Assembly: GCA_963783385.1 (NCBI GenBank) | Contig: CAWANJ010000006.1 | Span: forward strand, 463,675 to 527,674 | Direction of reading: 5' to 3' | From: an uncultured Gemmatimonadales bacterium | GTDB lineage: Bacteria > Gemmatimonadota > Gemmatimonadetes > Palauibacterales > Palauibacteraceae | Length of the DNA stretch: 64,000 nt | Part shown: positions 60,363-64,000 of the stretch, piece after piece | How the letters are laid out: each line of letters starts with the position of its first letter | How positions within the stretch are numbered: the stretch's first letter is position 1 | Translations under genes and position numbers: made by a program | Notes under the pieces: model-generated | Database searches by the model: none | What the model was told of the DNA's origin: nothing | Seen by the model: the letters and a program-made list of their open reading frames with translations, nothing else

Positions 60363-63017
60363 ATGCCGGACTCGCCGGGCGCGGACAGGTGGTACGAGGT
60401 CGACGACCTGTTCGACCGGGCGCTGGACCTGGAGCCGGACGAGCGTTCCGCCTTCCTGGACGAGCGCTGCACCGGCGACCCGGACCTCCGCCGCGCGGTC
60501 GAAGGGCTCCTGACCGCGGACTCGGAGGCCCGACGCTTCCTGGACGGCAGGGCCGAGGACCTGGCGCCCGAGGCCTTCGCCGCCGCCCTGACCGACGTCC
60601 GCCTGGCCGACCCGGCGGATGGGGGCGGGGACAGGGCCGGAGAGCGAATCGGCGCGTGGAGGCTCGTGCGCTTGCTCGGCCAGGGGGGCATGGCGTGGGT
60701 CTTTCTCGCCGAGCGCGTCCAGGGCGGCTTCGAGCAGACCGCCGCCCTGAAGCTCGTCCGACGCGGCCTCGGCGGCCAGGTCTTCGTGCGCCGCTTCGTG
60801 GCCGAGCGGCGCATTCTCTCCTCGCTGCATCATCCGGCCATTGCCCGGCTCATCGACGGCGGCACCACCGGCGACGGCCTACCCTACCTGGTGCTCGAGT
60901 ACATCGACGGCGTCCCGATCACCGACTACTGCGCCGCGCACGGGTGCACGGTCGCGGAGCGTCTGCGGCTGTTCGATCAGGCCGCGCGGGCCGTCCAGTA
61001 TGCCCACGCCAACCTGGTCATCCACCGGGACATCAAGCCGAGCAACATCCTGGTCACGGCCGACGGTCAGGTGAAGCTGCTCGATTTCGGCATCGCCCGG
61101 CTGCTGGACCCCGGCGCGGACCCGGAGGCGGCCAGCCTCACGCGCACCGGATTCCGCCCGCTGACCCCGGAGTACGCCAGCCCGGAGCAGGTGCGGGGAG
61201 AGACGATCACGACGGCATTGGACGTCTATCAGCTCGGCGTGCTGCTCTATCGGCTGCTTACGGGAGAGCGGCCGTATCGGGTGGCCGGTACCGGCGCCGC
61301 CGCGATCACCGAGGCGATCACCCGGACCCGTCCCGTCCCGCCCAGTCAGACGGTGCTGGACCGGGACGGGCGCGACGGGGACGGCCTCGAAGACACGCCC
61401 GAGCGCCTCAGCCGCCGCCTGCGCGGAGACCTGGACGTCATCGTCCTGAAGGCGCTCCGCAAGGACCCCGACCGGCGCTACGGATCCGCGGTCGAGATGG
61501 CCGAGGACGTGCGCCGCCACCTCGAGGGACGCCCGATCGTGGCCCGCCGCGAGTCGCGCGCATACCGGACCCGCAAGTTCCTGCAGCGCAACCGGTGGGT
61601 GGTGCCGGTCGTGGCCTTGATCGCGCTGCTGGTCGGCGCCTACATCCTCACCCTCGTCCGCCAGGGCCGGCGGCTGGAGGACGAGCGCAACGTCGCCCGG
61701 GACGTGCAGCATGCGTTCGTGAGCTTCTTCACGTCCCCGGACGCGCGTGATGGGTTCGGGCTCGGCGAGGGGCGGCGCGACCTCACCGTGCGTGAGGCGA
61801 TCCTGGAGGGAGCCGACCGGGTCCGCGAGGAGCTGGCCGACCGGCCGGCGGCCCGCGCGCAGCTGTTCGGCGCCATGGCGCGGGTCCTGGCCGACCTGGA
61901 CGAGGTCGACCCCGCGCGGGAGCTGGCCGAGGAGACGCTCGGTCTCGAGGAAGCGCTGTACGGGCCGCGGTCGCCGGCCGTCCACGAGACCCTGCTTCTG
62001 GTCGGGGACCTGACGCAGGACCGTGACTCCGCGCGGGCCATCCTGGAGCGCCGCCTGGAGCTGTCCAGGAGCCTGTACGGCGACCGCCACCCGGCCGTGG
62101 CCAACTCGCTCCAGCACCTGGGCCTCGTGGAGCTCCAGGACGGCAACGTGGAGGAGGGCGTCCGGATCCTGGAGCGCGCCGTCCGCCTGTACCGGGACGT
62201 CGACCCGGCGCGGCCCCGGGAGCTGGCGTGGACACTCGGCCGCCTCGGGGAGGGCTACCTGGGCCTGGGCCGCGCCGACACCGCTGTGGCCGTCGGTCTC
62301 GAGGCGTACGAGCTCATGAGGGACGAGGTGGGCGAGGGGCACTCCGCCACGGCCATCCAGGGCGTCAAGCTGGCCGCCGCACTCCGGGTAACGGGGGACG
62401 TCAGGGAGGCGCGCCGGCTGTACGAGGCGCATCTTCCCACCATGGACCGGGAGTTCGGTCCGGCCCACGCGACCACGATGGCCAACCGCAACAACTACGC
62501 GCTCCTGCTCCTGCAGATGGACGACTACCAGGCGGCGGAAGCGGTGCAGCGTCGGCTCCTGGAGGCCTCCCGCGAGCGGTATGGCGACGTGAGCGCGCCC
62601 GTGGCCGGCCTCCTCCAGAACCTGGCCGCCAACCTGAAGGAACAGGGCCGCCACCGGGAGGCGGAGGAGCTCTCGGAGGCCGCCTACCGGATGTTCTTGG
62701 GGACGCGGGGAGACACCCACTTCGAGACCGCCTTCCCGCTCCTGACCCTGGCCGAGATCCGCCTGGCGCGAGACGACTGGGCGGGAGCCGAGGCCGCCTC
62801 GCGGGAGGCGACGCGGATCCTCCGGGCTACGCTTCCGGAGGGCCACTACGTTACGGCCATTGCGGAATGCCGCGTGGGCCGTTCCCTGGCGGGTCAGGGG
62901 AAGCGCGAGGAAGCACGGCGGTGGCTGGAGTCGGCAGCCGCGATCCTCGAGCCCGCCCGGCAGGCGAACGCGGCCGACTACCGCGACGAGTGCCTGAAGG
63001 CGCTGGCGGCGCTGTAG
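60363..63017 (+). CDS. Hanks-type Ser/Thr kinase with TM and TPR repeats (second copy)
   Basis: GQGGMAWV, HRDIKPSN, DFG, YASPE, TM, TPRs; paralog of 13754-16463. Confidence 0.94.
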   Translation: MPDSPGADRWYEVDDLFDRALDLEPDERSAFLDERCTGDPDLRRAVEGLLTADSEARRFLDGRAEDLAPEAFAAALTDVRLADPADGGGDRAGERIGAWRLVRLLGQGGMAWVFLAERVQGGFEQTAALKLVRRGLGGQVFVRRFVAERRILSSLHHPAIARLIDGGTTGDGLPYLVLEYIDGVPITDYCAAHGCTVAERLRLFDQAARAVQYAHANLVIHRDIKPSNILVTADGQVKLLDFGIARLLDPGADPEAASLTRTGFRPLTPEYASPEQVRGETITTALDVYQLGVLLYRLLTGERPYRVAGTGAAAITEAITRTRPVPPSQTVLDRDGRDGDGLEDTPERLSRRLRGDLDVIVLKALRKDPDRRYGSAVEMAEDVRRHLEGRPIVARRESRAYRTRKFLQRNRWVVPVVALIALLVGAYILTLVRQGRRLEDERNVARDVQHAFVSFFTSPDARDGFGLGEGRRDLTVREAILEGADRVREELADRPAARAQLFGAMARVLADLDEVDPARELAEETLGLEEALYGPRSPAVHETLLLVGDLTQDRDSARAILERRLELSRSLYGDRHPAVANSLQHLGLVELQDGNVEEGVRILERAVRLYRDVDPARPRELAWTLGRLGEGYLGLGRADTAVAVGLEAYELMRDEVGEGHSATAIQGVKLAAALRVTGDVREARRLYEAHLPTMDREFGPAHATTMANRNNYALLLLQMDDYQAAEAVQRRLLEASRERYGDVSAPVAGLLQNLAANLKEQGRHREAEELSEAAYRMFLGTRGDTHFETAFPLLTLAEIRLARDDWAGAEAASREATRILRATLPEGHYVTAIAECRVGRSLAGQGKREEARRWLESAAAILEPARQANAADYRDECLKALAAL

Positions 63018-63075
63018 AAACGTCCGCAGCCACCCGCCCCCGCCCGCGCCACCCTTCCCAGAACCCGGACGGCCG

Positions 63076-64000
63076 CTACCGACCGAACGGCGCGCACGCC
63101 GCGTTCACGTCGAACTCGGCGTCGACCGGGAGCTGGGCGCCGGTCGCCCGATCGATCACGCTCAATCCGAGAATCCGACCGGCCAGGCGGCGGGAGCCGC
63201 GGTCCGTGGAAGCCTCGTGACGCCGGATCTCGAGGGTAGCCGGCCCCCGCCATCCGAGCGTGCCGCCGCCGACCACGTACAGGACCTGGTCGAGCGGGAA
63301 GCTGCCGGTCGCGCCCTCGGCGATCCCCGGGGACGAGATGACCATCAGCCCCAGCGAGGCCGTCTGCCCCGATGGGCCGGGGTGGAGGCTGAGCGAGGCG
63401 GGTCCAGCCGTCCCGAAGCAGCTAAGCTCGGCGCCGGCCGAGCCATCCAGGTCGCTTCCCTGGAACGAGAGATCCGACCTGCCCTTCACACGCACCGACA
63501 CCCAGCGCGCCTTGCCGGGGCCGAGCGTGGCCGTGGCGGCTTCGGAGGGTCGCGCGCCGGTGCCGCTCGCGTCCGATCCCTCGGTCGACGGGGGCGCTCC
63601 CGGCTCCTCCGGTTCGGCCGTCGAAGGCGTGGGCGCTGCGCCGCCGGCGCCCGACGCGTCCGGGGCGTCCGGCGGCCCGGGGTCATCCGGAGCGTCCGCC
63701 CCCGGCTGGGTCGGTTCCACCGGGCCACCACCGTTCCCCGAGACCGCCTGAGGTCCCGGAGATATCGAAGTCAGACAGTCCCGGGCACCGCTGTTCCGCA
63801 CCGGCTCACCCGGATCGCTCATGAGCAATCCGAACTCCACGCGGATCACCGCGTTCGGCAGGTAGTTCGCCGGAGGCTCCTTCCGCCCCAGGGCGATGTC
63901 CTTCGCGCGGCTGTTCTCCCCGACCACCTCCAGCGTCCCCAGGACGAAGCGCCCGGATACCACCTTCATCGTGAGCGACCCGGCCGTGCCCACGAACTCC
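63076..64000 (-). CDS. Hypothetical protein, probably secreted (5' end outside window); beta-rich domains joined by a Pro/Ala linker
   Basis: Open frame to the window edge, low-complexity PEP/PDA linker, beta-strand-rich C-terminal domain. Confidence 0.6.
   Translation of the reverse strand, partial: EFVGTAGSLTMKVVSGRFVLGTLEVVGENSRAKDIALGRKEPPANYLPNAVIRVEFGLLMSDPGEPVRNSGARDCLTSISPGPQAVSGNGGGPVEPTQPGADAPDDPGPPDAPDASGAGGAAPTPSTAEPEEPGAPPSTEGSDASGTGARPSEAATATLGPGKARWVSVRVKGRSDLSFQGSDLDGSAGAELSCFGTAGPASLSLHPGPSGQTASLGLMVISSPGIAEGATGSFPLDQVLYVVGGGTLGWRGPATLEIRRHEASTDRGSRRLAGRILGLSVIDRATGAQLPVDAEFDVNAACAPFGR

Noticed and set aside
59306-64000. Genomic island integrated at the tRNA cluster 3' end
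   Set aside because: No integrase, no duplicated tRNA 3' end seen in the window, and no obvious composition shift.

Overview
Very GC-rich (roughly 70%+) bacterial chromosomal window. Gene content (GlyQS-type GlyRS, many lipoproteins, TIGR02999-type ECF/kinase pairs, beta-propeller lipoproteins) suggests Gemmatimonadota, but this is inference. About ten genes, including the essential glyQS, carry single-base frameshifts, most consistent with long-read indel errors. Core genes: carB (partial), tnaA, dinB, glyQS, nth, queG, a FabF-like KS, pduO, several hydrolases and transporters, and a cluster of 13 CCA-less tRNA genes. Four accessory modules stand out. (1) An ECF43-like sigma/Ser-Thr kinase-TPR pair is followed by about 10 kb of secreted proteins; two transcription units there share a 34-bp promoter-like motif, and an unrecognised domain occurs twice (once with PGDQF repeats). 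(2) A four-gene module encodes a secreted 4-Cys peptide, a thioredoxin-like protein, a beta-propeller lipoprotein and a membrane protein. (3) An orphan Phd/YefM-like gene has a perfect TGTACA-core palindrome facing tnaA. (4) A KS/cyclase/flavin oxidoreductase/methyltransferase cluster lacks ACP and CLF. A second ECF/kinase pair lies after the tRNA cluster. No integrase, transposase or CRISPR array was seen.
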